Under the pieces are notes generated by a model that saw only the letters and a list, made by a program, of their open reading frames with translations, did not search any database and was not told the DNA's origin. Of a stretch of 49,664 nt of DNA, positions 1 through 12,984 are shown piece after piece (position 1 is the stretch's first letter; the number at the start of each line of letters is the position of its first letter). The position numbers and the translations under genes are program-made. The stretch comes from Tubiluchus corallicola (Eukaryota > Animalia > Priapulida), in the NCBI GenBank assembly GCA_030141605.1, contig JAQGDQ010001287.1:1-49664 (forward strand), given 5' to 3'.

Positions 1-40
1 CTATTAAAATTTAATGCTAGATTCTCAGTTGTGGTGTGTC

Positions 41-415
41 AATAATCCTTTTCACAGTTTCGTTGTGCACTCGTACAGTTGCTGTAGGTCAAAGGTTAAG
101 TGTAACACAGCAGCGCGTCTTAACTACAACCATCACATGACATGTAGGTAAAGCAAAGCCATCAGAAGCGTCAGTTCAGTTACTTTAGTTGTTTTGCACA
201 GAGTTCACTTAATTATGCATTAGTTTGTGCATAGAGTAATTTACTAGAAAAAATGAACTAGGTAATGTTCTAGCTATTAAAGCTATTAAAATTATTTTTA
301 CAATAGTATGGGCTGCAAGGCGTTGTCAAGTGTACACAAATGCGTTGTCTGGTACACTTAACCTTTGACATTTTCACGATCATGATCAATCGCTGGAACT
401 GTGAAAGGCTTATTA
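41..415 (-). mobile_element. Palindromic MITE family A
   Basis: TIRs aataa(g/t)ccttttcacagtt / aactgtgaaaggcttatt and internal inverted ggtcaaaggttaagtgta; eight full or partial copies in the window. Confidence 0.8.
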
Positions 416-582
416 TATAAAAAAGGAACAGCATGTCCATGACTAAATCTTAGCAATTTTTTATTGTTCTCATTTTTGCAGTGCAGTTTGTGCCACAATG
501 TTCTGTGCAGAAAAGTGATTAAAATTCAATTAAAAATTGAATTAATTGCCACATCTAACACAGTTCTGTTCCACTGTTTTAG

Positions 583-713
583 TTTAAAAGAACGAACTTT
601 CAAAACATATGAGTTCTACCAAACGTATCAAGACGTGATCACTCCTGCGGGTCTCTGCTTCTTCCAAGCAACATGGGATGATTCGGTTTCGGATGTATTT
701 CATAAATTATTAG
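583..713 (+). CDS. MRPL38: Mitochondrial ribosomal protein L38 (PEBP-like), internal coding exon
   Basis: ttttag acceptor at 581-582 and gtatgt donor at 714. Translates LKERTFKTYEFYQTYQDVITPAGLCFFQATWDDSVSDVFHKLL, matching the RTF..F......TPAGL.FFQ..WD motif of mL38. Upstream exons lie outside the window. Confidence 0.9.
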
Positions 714-1216
714 GTATGTGCATTTTTTTCATACTAAGTTACGTATTAATTAAACCGATTAAATTAGTCATTGACCGCTAACCAGTTTAAATACTTCTGT
801 CAAGAACTAAAGAACATTCATTTTTTTGTTCGCCTTTGAAATGTGTGATTACACTGAAGGCTCTTTCTATTTAAAGAAAGTTCTCGAAAAGGATATTGTT
901 AAAAATTAGTCTTTTGTTGATCGTCACTGTAGTTCCGTCTAGAGTAATATTGTAGAATTCACTCTAGTGTCTATGTAAAATTGTATATTGGCTGTACAGA
1001 AATTTTTGCCTGCAAAAAGATGCTGACAAAGACTTATCATCATTTTTCTAGAGATAACATGAAAGCAAAGAACGATTGATTAAAGCATCATGATACAAAT
1101 ACTTATTTACAACATTACAAAGTTAGACGTACATATTGAATTACAATAATAGTACAAAATAAAAGTTATACGTCACATTGATTTTACGATAATAATTGTT
1201 AGTATCTATTTCAGCC

Positions 1217-1539
1217 ATGCACAGTTACGTACTATACAAGCAATTTAGATGACCTATATAAGGATAATCTCTATGCACAGTTACGTACTATATAAGTACT
1301 TTAGAGGACCTCTGTAAGGATAATCTCTATGCACAGTTACGTACTATATAAGTACTTTAGAGGACCCCTATAAAGATAACCTCTATGCATAGTTACGTAC
1401 TGTATAAGTACTTTATGGGACCTCTATAAGGATAACCTCTATGCACAGTTACGTACTGTATAAGTACTTTATGGGACCTCTATAAAGATAACCTCTATGC
1501 ACAGTTATGTACTATATAAGTACTTTAGAGGACCTCTAT
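1217..1539. repeat. 56-bp minisatellite, about six copies
   Basis: Unit ctctatgcacagttacgtactatataagtactttagaggacctctataaggataa. Confidence 0.95.
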
Positions 1540-1806
1540 GGGGAAAAACCTGTTCCTTGCATTTTATGTACAAGACAGGTTTTTCCCAGGGATCTATCCC
1601 CTGCCTGCACGTTTATAACATCATGCATTTAGGTAATTACATAGTTAATAAACTGATGACAGTAGTGATTCACTTGACTTTAAAGTTATTCATTGTAGAA
1701 TTAAACTATAGAAGACTACGTTCTTACTATATGCAGAACACTTCATAATTAGCCTGAACAAATTAGAGTAGAGTAGAATAAATCTAGTTTTAACTTTATG
1801 CATATA

Positions 1807-2510
1807 CATTAAGTCCTCGCTTAACGACGCTAATGCGTTCCAGCAAAATGTGACATTAAGCAAAACGTCGTTAAACGAAACCAAGACTTCTATAAAAAGT
1901 AATGTAAAGGAATTGAGATACGTTCCAGAGGCAAAAATCAGTGCAGCTTTAATCATATAAATTAAACGTTTTATGAGTTTTATTCGTATTTCTACTAATT
2001 AATTTCTTTCTGCTTTGTTGAAACCTGCGTGGTTGTCTTACTTACCTACTTTAGCGGTTTCTCTTTTGTTAACGTTTAACTCTAGACAGCATATAAATGA
2101 TAAGCAATGCAGCAGAGTCAAAGCCAAGGCATGGCGTGATCGTGGGAATTTTATCTCAGTCTGGTTGCTATAGCAACAGTTTGCAGGCAAAATGTCTTCC
2201 CATAAAGTTTGCTGTCAGGTCTTGCTTGATACAAACGGCAGTCGGGAAGCAAAAACGAAAGTACTTGTACAATAATTGAAGTGTTTACGTTCCTAATGTG
2301 CGTTTACAACAAATAGCACAACATGTAATGTTTCCATGTATACATTAATTGAAAAAGTTGTTGACAAAATAAAAATTGACTTTGAGCTTAGTAAAAAAAA
2401 TCGTCGTTAAAATAAAATGGTGCGTCGTTAACTGAGAAAGGGTGGCAAATGTTCAGCGTCGTTAAAACGAAACGTCGCTAAACGGGGAGTCGTTAAGTGA
2501 GGATTTACTG
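1807..2510. mobile_element. Tigger/pogo-like MITE
   Basis: TA|cattaagtcctcgcttaacgac ... gtcgttaagtgaggatttactg|TA: TIRs with TA TSD. Confidence 0.8.
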
Positions 2511-2684
2511 TACAATAATTGGAAATACGTTTCCTACGGGTTCAACCACCAACATGGCGCATTATTATTTGCCGTTTTGGGTTACTATATTATTTTATTT
2601 TAAGTTGGTACTTAATGGTACTTTCTTAATTTATTATTTAACTTTAAGCAGCTTTATTTTTTAATTCTACATTCATAATTTTAG

Positions 2685-2772
2685 GTATGCGGGAACCTAT
2701 ATTTAAGTTTGACTGGCCAAAAATCGAGCTACCGCGAAAGAAGAAATATCCATTTAAACAGTATTTCAATTT
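2685..2772 (+). CDS. MRPL38: MRPL38 penultimate coding exon
   Basis: ttttag acceptor and gtaagt donor, phase-compatible with both neighbours. Encodes (G)MREPIFKFDWPKIELPRKKKYPFKQYFN(L). Too short for the ORF track. Confidence 0.88.
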
Positions 2773-3009
2773 GTAAGTATCTTTACAGTATCCTGTAATT
2801 TAGCAAAAGAATCAATTTAGAAAAAATGTTTTGGAAAAAATTTTGTAAAAATGTAGAAACTAGGATAACAAAATCATGCAAGTTTAAATGACAAAGATTC
2901 CTTGTAACCAGCGTGTCGAGACGGTAGACTGATTTGATCACTTTTCAAGGAGATTTGCTCAAAATGTCAATATGATCAAAACATGTATTAGCACTTCATA
3001 TTAAGACCT

Positions 3010-3533
3010 TTAAAGGAAAACCGGATGATTGTTTAGACTCAATCTCATTTTAATTTACTGTCAAAAATATACTCACCTGTAAAAGTTATCAATTGTTTCT
3101 AGTATTTGAATAATTACCTTGGAAAGTTAGTTAATGGCAACCGAACACAGCTATCGCTTATGTCACAAACTAACCACAGTTTGTGCAATGTTAGCGTCTT
3201 CCCTGTCTGTCAAACATGCTTGCATAAACGAAGATTGCTAAAAGACGGTGATGGCAATGGCGCGAAAATGAGCTGTACACCACAGACGAACACTGCAGTT
3301 CATTATCATAGTTATCGCGGTGTCGGTCACGCAAATGCGACGAAAAGGCATTGCCAATCTTAGTAGATTCACTGAGCCGCTCGTAGGTTTGAAAGTTTAA
3401 CAAAATTTAGCTATCCGAGGTAATTACTATTTAATCTAAGCTTTGATTTAAAAAAAGCTGTTGTGGAGTTCAATATTTTAAAGCGAACTTTATTTTGAAC
3501 TAATGTCTACACAATTGTCCAGTTTTGCTTTTA
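3010..3533. mobile_element. TTAA-flanked (Kolobok-like) MITE family B
   Basis: Starts ttaa|aggaaaaccggatgattgt; is the reverse-complement homologue of 25858-26415. Confidence 0.75.
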
Positions 3534-3684
3534 TTAAATGTTGAAGATCCCTTAGGGTCTTTAGGTTAGTGCTTAGCAAGTGACCTGAAACAGAAAATGG
3601 TCTAGAATTGCTGCATTTGATCTGCAGTTCTCATTTGCCATTAGCGCCCTTCAAAAGACAACCTGCATCGAGTTTTATTAGAGG

Positions 3685-4106
3685 CAGGGGCGAATCAAGA
3701 CTTTACGCTACCCTAGGCTGATAGTTTGTCCCGCCCATCTCTGTTGTCAACTTATGGTTGTTCATGGAATGAATGTGTCAAACAATTACTTGTGGTTTAT
3801 TAGAAACACTATTAACCTAGTTTCTACGTGGTCATTATTAATTACATGTATTTGCTTAACGCTTATATTCAAGTAGGCTGCCCAACTGCTTGTTGAGTAA
3901 TACCTTGCACCTGTTCGTTATGTGGCACTTATATAGAAGCTGCTCATAGTAACTACCTGTGGTGTGTTATAAAACGTGCCTTTTACGTGAATATAAAAGT
4001 ATACACATTTTCCGAGGCAAATAAGAATATTTTCTAAAATGAGACGCCTTCAAACTTTGGTGCCCTAGACTATAGCCTAGTTAGCCTATTGGTTAATACG
4101 CGCTTG
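3685..4106. mobile_element. hAT-like MITE
   Basis: CAG... start with degenerate TIRs, ccctagg/gcctagttagccta subterminal motifs and an 8-bp TSD attagagg/attacagg (one mismatch). Confidence 0.65.
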
Positions 4107-4354
4107 ATTACAGGAAACACTTTGCATGTTTCCCTTCGAAGAACAGATATAAAGTCTCATCAGCAAAAGATGTAACTATAGTCTCCCAGAATCCATTGTG
4201 AATTAGAATCACAACACAGCAATATTTAGTGAGTTGTTACTAAATTTTGTTACATATGGAAGCATAAATGAAAATTGAATTCAATATTTTTCATACTGTG
4301 CGTGGTCGTGGAGCTCTACTGTTCCAGAATTTGCTAGGTTAGCTTATACTATGG

Positions 4355-5081
4355 CAGTGGTTCCTAATTGGGGGTACAAATACCCCTTGGGGGCTCGAAA
4401 CAGCTAAGCCAAGGGTGCGTGAAAGTTGTGTCGTGTAACACGTCAGAATGTTCTTTTTTGCCGTACAGCGTACTACAAATACGGACTACGAATTTTACGG
4501 GAGTAACGGCCTAGTGGTGTGAGGGAAGAGTGTGCTGCAACAACATTTAAAGCCTTAAACATCATGATTGTTTTTGCAACACAACAGTGTTTTTCGGATG
4601 ATTCACTGCGCACTGCCTGGCATTATAACAAGGTTAATTTATTATGTAAAATAGACGCTTAGCTCAGCAAATGCGTTGGCAGATGGCAGTAGAGGAGGTT
4701 GGTTGTTTTCAGAAAAGCGCGCATCAACAAGGCTGCCATTGAGGCTACTTCACAGTTCGACTGCAAGTTTGTCTTCTGATGTGACATCCGATCGTCTTTT
4801 TTCTTGCATTTTGTTCTTGAATTTGGAAATGCATAAATAGAAAATAAGGGATTTTATGAAGCAGTATAAATAGAGAGAATACTACAAATAAGTACATGTA
4901 TAAATGGAAAATAAGGGACTTTTTCTTATTTTTTTCAAAATTAAATTAAAGTCTAATAAAACTGCACAATAGTATTAAAAAATGTTTTCTTGAAACTCAT
5001 ATTGCTAAAGAGTGTTAATTGGTACGCAGTAGATCGCTGAATTTCAAAAGGATACTTGACTAGGTAAAAGGTTAGGAACTA
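4355..5081. mobile_element. hAT/Charlie-like MITE, abutted by a Tigger-like end at 5082
   Basis: cagtggttcctaa ... ttaggaact TIRs and a ggggtacaaatacccc subterminal palindrome; followed by ta|cagtgttccttcactactttgcgg. Confidence 0.6.
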
Positions 5082-6466
5082 CAGTGTTCCTTCACTACTT
5101 TGCGGTTCATTTATCGCGGACTTATGATTTGTTAAGCAGATTGGCCTGCATCCCTAAGAGTTGGAAAATGTCCCTATGTGATAAGGGAAGTGTTCCCATG
5201 TGGTAAGGGAAGTGTCTCCATGTGATAAGTGAAGTGTTCAAAGCACATTTTCTGTCGTTGCCTGTTTATAGCACATATTAAAAGGAAATAGTCACTGATC
5301 ATCAGTTTTATTATGCGGTTTTATTGTGTTTTAGATGTAAAAGCACTTTTAGAAGTAAAATCTAGCTTAATACGTATTATTTAGTGTAATATATGTGATA
5401 TAATGAAGAGAGAGATGAAAACGTATTTTTTAAATACATATTAGGTGTATTTGGTGTTCAACTTTTCTTGACATATTGTGTTCACCACGTTGGTTGCCAG
5501 TCACAGTCCGTCCTGTATACACAAATGACTTGCCATTTCATTGTATTTTCACCATTATCATCTCACCATTTTTTTAATAATTTTTAGCTTTTTTCCTTCT
5601 CTTTTACTTGCATTACTTACCTACATCCTAATTCTACCGTCATGTCATCTCTTTTCAGTGCGCATCTCTTTTGTCCCGCCCCTAACACCTTACAACACAC
5701 CATGCACTGCAGCTGGGCTTTCCAAGTTCCAGCTTTTAGAACAGCTACAAGCAAGTACATCATTTGTTCACTAACTGCTCACTTGACAACTAGCCTAATC
5801 GTAGTCATTTTGTTTTCAGTTGGTATAATTGTATGTAGCATATCTTATTATGTAATTGTAATGGTGCTTTTGTGTAACAAACAATAAACAAAAATAATGT
5901 AGTGTATATTTTGGAAGCAGCCATTTTAGTTTTGGTTTTGCCAAACCCAGATCTCTACCAGAAAGAGGCATCTACTGGATTTCAACATGACATCATGTCC
6001 TCTTGCAAAGTCCGTAGCAACCAACATTTGTAATTTGTGTAATTTGCTAAGTGTTTTGTAGAAACGCGATAAAAAACAATGGCTAACTTTAACACTGATT
6101 TCTCAAGATTATGTTTTTCAATGTGTAGCCTACACCTCAACTTCAAGTGGATTATCTCAGCTTAGAAATAACATAGAGCAATGAGATTGGTATCAAAACA
6201 ATCCTCATGAAATGGAAATTCAGGATGTGTGAATAACTAGAAAAGTTTAATTCCCAATTTATGGACGATCTTGCTGTGCAAGCACACATATAACAAAAAA
6301 TAGGCACTTGTAATATCAAGGAATTGATTTTGTGATACATCACAGATCTTCATGGACTGCTATACTCTTTAGGACTGTAAGACTGATTATTTATAAAAAA
6401 TATTTTTGTCTGCTGATTTTTGCATAGGAATTGCTCATTAATTTTGTGTCTTCTGCATTTATTTAG

Positions 6467-6689
6467 ATACTTGGATCACTACAGAGATCCCAAGGACATA
6501 GCAAAGGAAATATTGATTAAAAGAATGGCAAGGATATCACCGTTCAAACCGGACCCGCCTAGACGCAGATTCCCCAATATCGTTAATTGGGACAGGTATT
6601 ACCCCTCTTGGAAGCAGGTGCAAATCTATAAAGAGAGATGGGGGCTAGGAAGGTATAAACATATATACGAGAACAAGCTGGACCCGTGA
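6467..6689 (+). CDS. MRPL38: MRPL38 terminal coding exon
   Basis: atttag acceptor. Encodes YLDHYRDPKDIAKEILIKRMARISPFKPDPPRRRFPN...YENKLDP*, with the YLD.YRD motif of mL38. Candidate AATAAA at 7355-7360. Confidence 0.88.
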
Positions 6690-7506
6690 ATTCAGTGCAC
6701 TGTTACGGGACTGCCTGTGCGCTGTGCGTCAGTGACTGCTCTCAGATAAGCCCCCATGGTTCCGTGAAAACTAGAGTGTCAGACAAAAGCATGGGATTGG
6801 ACAAATGTGCTGTAGTGGTTTCAGAACTTAAGCTACCCGTGAGGAGAGAATTACTTTTACGACACCGTTGTCAAATACGTCATTTTAAGTATGCGTTATT
6901 CTATCCATTTGTAAATATTTATGTAAAAACAGTTCATCTGAAGTTACAAATAATTTTTCGGAAGGAGTTTATAATTCCCCACACAATTTAAATACACTAA
7001 CCCTAAGTCTATCCCTAGCCCTAAACCAATTCTAGCCCCAACCCTAACCCTAACACTAAGTCAATTCTAACCCCAAACCTAACGCTAACCCTAACCCCAA
7101 CCCTAATTCTAACCCGCTTCACGAATTATTTACTTGTGTATGGGGAATTGTAAACTTTAGCCATTTTTTCTTCACTTTCTTGCAAAAACTGCTAACAAAA
7201 ATTTAGTCTGTAGTTCCCAGTTACACAGACGTGATTTTTGTGACTGTAGTGGACTGTAGCAATGCCCTGTTCAATGGACATGAATTAATACCATGTACAG
7301 GACTGTAGGACAAAGCATTTTATCCTGTTTCAGATAAAATTATAGTTTTTTGTAAATAAATTGGCTGATAACAATGAACACCTTGACATTAAACACTGAT
7401 TGTCTGTAAATTGTTTTGCTGATAAAAATACAACTATAGTTGTAGAAATACCAACATACAACATAGTTTACTTACAATATTACAACTAGAAACCTAATTT
7501 ACAATC

Positions 7507-8123
7507 TGGCCCGGTTTCGGTAAGCCGTCACTAAGTGAACAACATCGTGATTAAGTTAACAACATGGTTATTACAGTTAACTGCCGATAGTCACAGTAAA
7601 TCCCGCGACTGGTTATTTTGCAGTTTGCATTTTCATACTTTTGCGTCGTGTCTTAACTGAACTTCTTTCTAATTCATTTCTTTTCTCTTTTTCTCTATCT
7701 CTGTCTATTATTTTATCTTAACTACTCCCTGTTTTCCTATAATCCTCTCTCTTGTAAATTAAGTGATTTTTTTCACTTTTCATGGTGGTCTTACAAGCTT
7801 TGCTTTTTGACCACCATGCAGCATCTATTTCTTGTTGACAAACTATTATGTACTTTAGTAACTATGTTAGTATACTTCTGTTAAATTTTTGTAATTATAT
7901 TTGGAATTTTTCCCTAACTATATCATGCTATAGTATACTAATGTAGTTTTGTTACAATTATTGTAACTATATTTCATTTTCTAGTTATAGGGCATAATAG
8001 GTAAAGATAATAATGCAAATTGTAATGTAAAAATAGATGCTGAAGTGATAATAAATTACAAAAATTACAACTATTAATAACAATATTGTTAAGCTAGTGA
8101 CAGCTTTGCGAAACTGGGTCCTG
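7507..8123. mobile_element. TIR element (Harbinger-like ends) containing a LINE 3' tail
   Basis: ctggcccggtttcg... / ...gcgaaactgggtcctg inverted ends. Internal perfect stem catggtggtc...gaccaccatg (7781-7818) resembles an L2-group 3' stem-loop. Confidence 0.5.
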
Positions 8124-9438
8124 ATTTGTTAAATAAAGTCTTATGCAGCTGGCATTTATAATCAACTGGTTGAAAAACCGATTTTGTATTAAAAAGACCT
8201 AGAATTGTCAATTTCTTAATGATTAGTGATTTGAAATAGTTTGAAGCTAATTAATCTGATAGGGACTACTTTATACTTAGGCGGATGAATATAAAACATG
8301 GAGGAGAAGCAAGCTGCGTTTCCTGCTAAGATTAAACTTTTCGTTAAAATTGTAAAGTTTATGGCCGGCCTCTCTTTGTTAGTTGACTAATTTTAATAAC
8401 CGAAATGAAAAGTAGAATTCACCACGCAAGCCATATTTTTTCCTTCACTTACCATAGTAGTTGACGCGTTATGCCAAGATACAGTTAAGTAAGCTAGTGG
8501 AGCAATCTATAAAGAGGTCTGTTTCGCTGTGATGATGCTATTCTTCTCGTCCATATAGTATAATTTTCTCCTTTGAATTTTTGCTGACAAAACCGCCTTA
8601 GTTTGGCTAATAGGAAGCTGAAATTTGGCTCAAGGGTAAAATATCCCACTACTAATTATTATTATAACTCTTGTTCAGTATTACGGTTTCCTTATTTCAA
8701 TTATGAAGGAGAAAATAACCCAGTTCTTCACTTCCTGAACCAGTTTGTAAATAATTTAATTGTCGGGAAAAACGTGGTACATAAAGCTAAGGATTGTGAG
8801 CGAATAGTTTTGCTAACAAAAATACGTCTACATTTGCAGAAGTACCAATAATACATAGTTTATTTACAATATTACATCTAGAAACCTAATTAATAATGCT
8901 GTTTAATACAAAACCGTAGGCAGCAACTTTTTACAGCCAACTATTAAAAATACTACATTTTTATTTAAAAAATGACATACCAGGGACATTTAATACTGTA
9001 CATACGTAAACTTGAACGCTGACAAAAGGTTTTTAGTTCCGACGATTTGTAATAACGTGACTGTTACTGAACAAGAAAACGGTTTCATAAATAAAGTTTA
9101 AAAAATTCGTTTTTAAATTTTGTATCATTTACATGTTGTACATAAGAAGTTGCGTTACAAACGCTGTATAAAAACTGTACTATTAAACTTGGCTTTTACT
9201 GTTAGGGGCGGCCATTTTAACGGTAAGTCATTCGAAACAAGCTTAGATAACAATGCGTAAAATAATCAGAGCTTTCGTAACACACTGTCTGCTAACTGAC
9301 AAAAGTTTAAATTACTTTATATTGTCAATAAGATCAATAATGTTCTTTGGTGAAACAGTGGTGCACGCTGGGATTGTGGTGCAGTGTAATTTTAACAGGT
9401 GGCACGAATATTATAAATTATTAAGAATTTTCTCTTCC

Positions 9439-9750
9439 AATAAGCTTTTTCACAATTCCAGGGATTGATGATGATGATCGTGAAAAGGTCAAAGGTTAAG
9501 TGTACCAAACAATGCATTTGTGTACATGTGTACATGATCCTGCTAGTAAATCACACTATGCACAGACTAAAGCGTGGTTAAGTAAAGTCCACGAAAAACA
9601 ACTTTAGACACTGAACTGATGGGGAAGATGGCTTTGCTTTACCAACATAACACGTGGTGGTTGCAGTTAAGACGCGATACTGTGGTACACGCCACCTTTG
9701 ACCTACAGCAGCTACGCTTGCACACAACGAAACTGTGAAAATGCTTACTA
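9439..9750 (+). mobile_element. MITE family A, nested in a family F remnant
   Basis: Same TIRs and gattgatgatgatcgtgaaaaggtcaaaggttaagtgtac core. Its flanks 9210-9438 and 9795-9842 match contiguous sequence at 23386-23730. Confidence 0.8.
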
Positions 9751-10488
9751 CATAAGTCTTTCAAACACGTAAACCTAATGCTAAACAATTAACTTTGTAT
9801 GGAAAGTTCTTTGGGAATATAGTTAAAATTTCCTTTTCTTCCTGTTTAATATAATATTATCTTGAAATGTCACTGTTACACTAGTGAAAGTGTCATCGTT
9901 GAAACTACAACTCACAAATTCGTCAACCAAAAACTTCACAATGAGCAAAACGTTATTTATAAACAAAAGCATTTGTTAAGATATACTGAGCAAATTATTT
10001 TAATACATAAATTATCAATTTATGTTTAATAATTATGTATTGCAACTTTATTTAACAGTTTATGTTTATTGTTTAACAAATTATGTTATAGTTTTTTGTT
10101 TCTTTTTACAAATAAATAATATTTTCGTGATTTTTTTTTTACAAAAACAGCCGTAATTTCTAGTAACTGCAAGTTAAAAACACAGAAGTTTTTAAACAGA
10201 CTAATTTTGGGGTAAAATTAATTAAAGACAAAGTAGAAAAGTTTTTGTTCTCATGAGTGACAAGCTGGTAACAAGTACCTTATGTTATTTTTGATGTTAT
10301 CAACAGTAGATCTTGGTATTTCAACGAATGACTGCCCAGCGCATAAAATAATTATAACTTTCCCACAAAAAACAGTGGTCTAACAAAATGATTATGCAGT
10401 TACTTCCAGGTCCTAGAATCATTTAGAACTGATGAGACTGGGCTAGCTTCTGTCTTCTACATTTGCTGAAATAATGTATAAACGTAAG

Positions 10489-11125
10489 CAGAGGCATAGC
10501 AAAGTGGGGACGACAGGGGGCAATCACCCCCGGGCGCAAGGGTGAGAGGGCAAACATTGAACTCTCGAAAATTCTTCTAGAGTTCAATGACTGTTAATTA
10601 CTAATTTCTAATCTGACATTAACAAAACAGAGTATTCTAACTACAACAAAATTACCTAGTCAGAGATCATCGTAGCTGACTTAATTACTACGTGCAGCCT
10701 ACAAAAAAGCTAATATTGTTACTTACCAAAATGTCTGTAAGGTGTCCTGTGGCTTAGCAGATCGATAATTTTGGTAGAAACAGTGACCGATTGCATTATT
10801 GTGAAAACCTGTAGTGTTTGGTATCTTTCATAATATTTGCATGTTTTAATGCTGGAGCTGATTGTTTAAGAATTGTCGCGTTATGAGCAACTAATGCATA
10901 GAAAAGAGTTACTCTGCTGCAGTACCGCAAATCAAACTCAGGGTGATTGTTAGAAAAAATTCGTTTATCTTTATCCCATCATGTGGAAAAAGTAAAGTCG
11001 GGCTCAGGGCGCCAAAAAGGTACACAATTTGTGGCTTCAAACACGAAACAAATAATCAGAACATTAAAAGGGTAGGGCGCCAAAAGTTTTTGCCCCGGGC
11101 GCCACAAGCACTTGCTACGCCACTG
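10489..11125. mobile_element. hAT-like MITE
   Basis: cagaggcatagcaa ... ttgctacgccactg TIRs, ccccgggcgc subterminal motifs and a degenerate 8-bp TSD. Confidence 0.7.
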
Positions 11126-12063
11126 AACCTAGATGATGACGTAATGATACAGAAATGACGTAAACGCTAAATGACACGCTTACGACATTTATCCATTCGC
11201 ACTGTGGATAAGTCTATCGAATTGTGGATCGCTTCATCTACAGATAATAAACAAAATACTAACCCGTGTAGAAAGTCCTATATTCCATTGTCGGGCAATT
11301 CTTTCCCTACAAAAAGTGAAATAGAGCTTAAGTTTCGAGAACTCTGGCATAAAATTTGGCACCTGATCAAGAACTGGGAATCTATTTTGGTTCCTGGATC
11401 TCGATTATTTCGTATTTAGCTCAGATAAGGTGGGAGAGTCGATGTATCAAACTAATTTTTTTATCTAAACTTTCTTCTCAAAAGGTTTATTATTAGTGTT
11501 TGATGTCCATTGTCGTGTCACCTGTATATATTGTAAATGAAAGCAATAAACAAAGGAGTTAAAACATCGTAATGTACTTATTTACATTATCACTTCACGT
11601 ATAACGACATAACATAACAACTTCACAACACGACCTGTAAATAAAACAAAATAGTGTTAGTGAACGTCATGACGTCATCATGGGATTCTTTACTCCCGAC
11701 ACACTTAGTGTCTTTATTACATGAGGAAAACCGGTTCCTATACTTGGGAGAAACGAACTTTCCTTTAACTGCAGTTAGTACATTTTAAGTTTAGAGATAG
11801 CTTTGCTTCTCAACGTGACCAAAAACTAATTTTCCTTTAACTACAGTTTTATATTCTGACAAAATAATTTTGGACCACGTATGCAGTTGACATTTATAGT
11901 GTTAGATCGTCTGTGCACTGGCAAGCTGTTCATTTTACCGGCAGTCTGTATAATTTTGACAAATTGGTGATATTGCGGAGGCTTCGTTCAAGTTTTCCCG
12001 CCATTTGGAGCTTCACAAAGGAATTCGGTTACCGGTAAACACAGACATACACGAGCGTACAGA

Positions 12064-12984
12064 ATGACTTCGACAAGCGATCACAACATTACCCTGGATG
12101 AGTTTCGACTGTTAAACCCAAAACAAAGAGAAAAAGTCAATAAAAGTGAATTACTGAGGCTACTATCAGAATCAGAAATGACACCGCAAGCAGAGTCAGG
12201 TCTCGAGGACAGCAGTAAAGGCACTGATCTAGAAAGTCAAGCAGCTATGGAAGCAAGGATTATTCAACAGGTTAGATTATTAATTTTTCCATTATCCAAG
12301 GAAATCTCTGAACTAAAGCAGCTCACAGATCAAGTTAAATCTAGCCAGGACTTTATAAGCAGCAAATTTGACCAATTTAAAATGGAGACAGATGCTTTAA
12401 AAAAGACCACCAATGATCTTACTAAAAAATTAAACGAGCTAGAGAGAAAGCAGGATGATTTAGACCAGTATGGGCGACGGGACACCCTCATTATCTCCGG
12501 TATACCCCAAGCTAGCGATTATGAAAATACTGACGAAATTGTTTGTCAAGTAGGTCAAGCCCTCAAGGTGAACATCTGTAAAGAGGACATCTCGATCTCC
12601 CATCGATTGCCACGAAAAGAAAGTGCTACAAGACTACCACAGATTATTGTGAAATTTATAAAACGGAAAGTAAGAGACTGTTTGTGGCAAAACAAACCCA
12701 AGAGAAATGGATCTCTTAAGGCTAGTGATTTAGGGTATGTTTCACATAATCTTGTGTACATTAGTGAAAGTTTAACTAATCGTAGACTTGTATTACTTAA
12801 CAAATGTCTCGAACTAAAAAGAAACAAAGTAATCTTGTATGTTTGGACTAAAAATGGCCAGATTTTCATCAGGAAAACTGAATCATCTGAACCCTTCCCT
12901 GTAAACAATTTTGATGATGTAGATAAATTAAAACACCAATCACTTCTTCACTCGTTTCAATCAATATCGTATTGTAATGGTTAG
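12064..12984 (+). CDS. LINE ORF1 protein (coiled coil plus RRM/CTD, L1-ORF1-like)
   Basis: 306 aa. Coiled coil followed by LDQYGRRDTLIISGIP, ISHRL, IIVKF, YISESLT and VWTKNGQIFIRK motifs typical of CR1/L2 ORF1. Confidence 0.88.
   Translation: MTSTSDHNITLDEFRLLNPKQREKVNKSELLRLLSESEMTPQAESGLEDSSKGTDLESQAAMEARIIQQVRLLIFPLSKEISELKQLTDQVKSSQDFISSKFDQFKMETDALKKTTNDLTKKLNELERKQDDLDQYGRRDTLIISGIPQASDYENTDEIVCQVGQALKVNICKEDISISHRLPRKESATRLPQIIVKFIKRKVRDCLWQNKPKRNGSLKASDLGYVSHNLVYISESLTNRRLVLLNKCLELKRNKVILYVWTKNGQIFIRKTESSEPFPVNNFDDVDKLKHQSLLHSFQSISYCNG

Noticed and set aside
10428-10471. CTGATGA...GAAA possible hammerhead
   Set aside because: GAAA does not follow the gac/gtc stem and stems I and III are absent.
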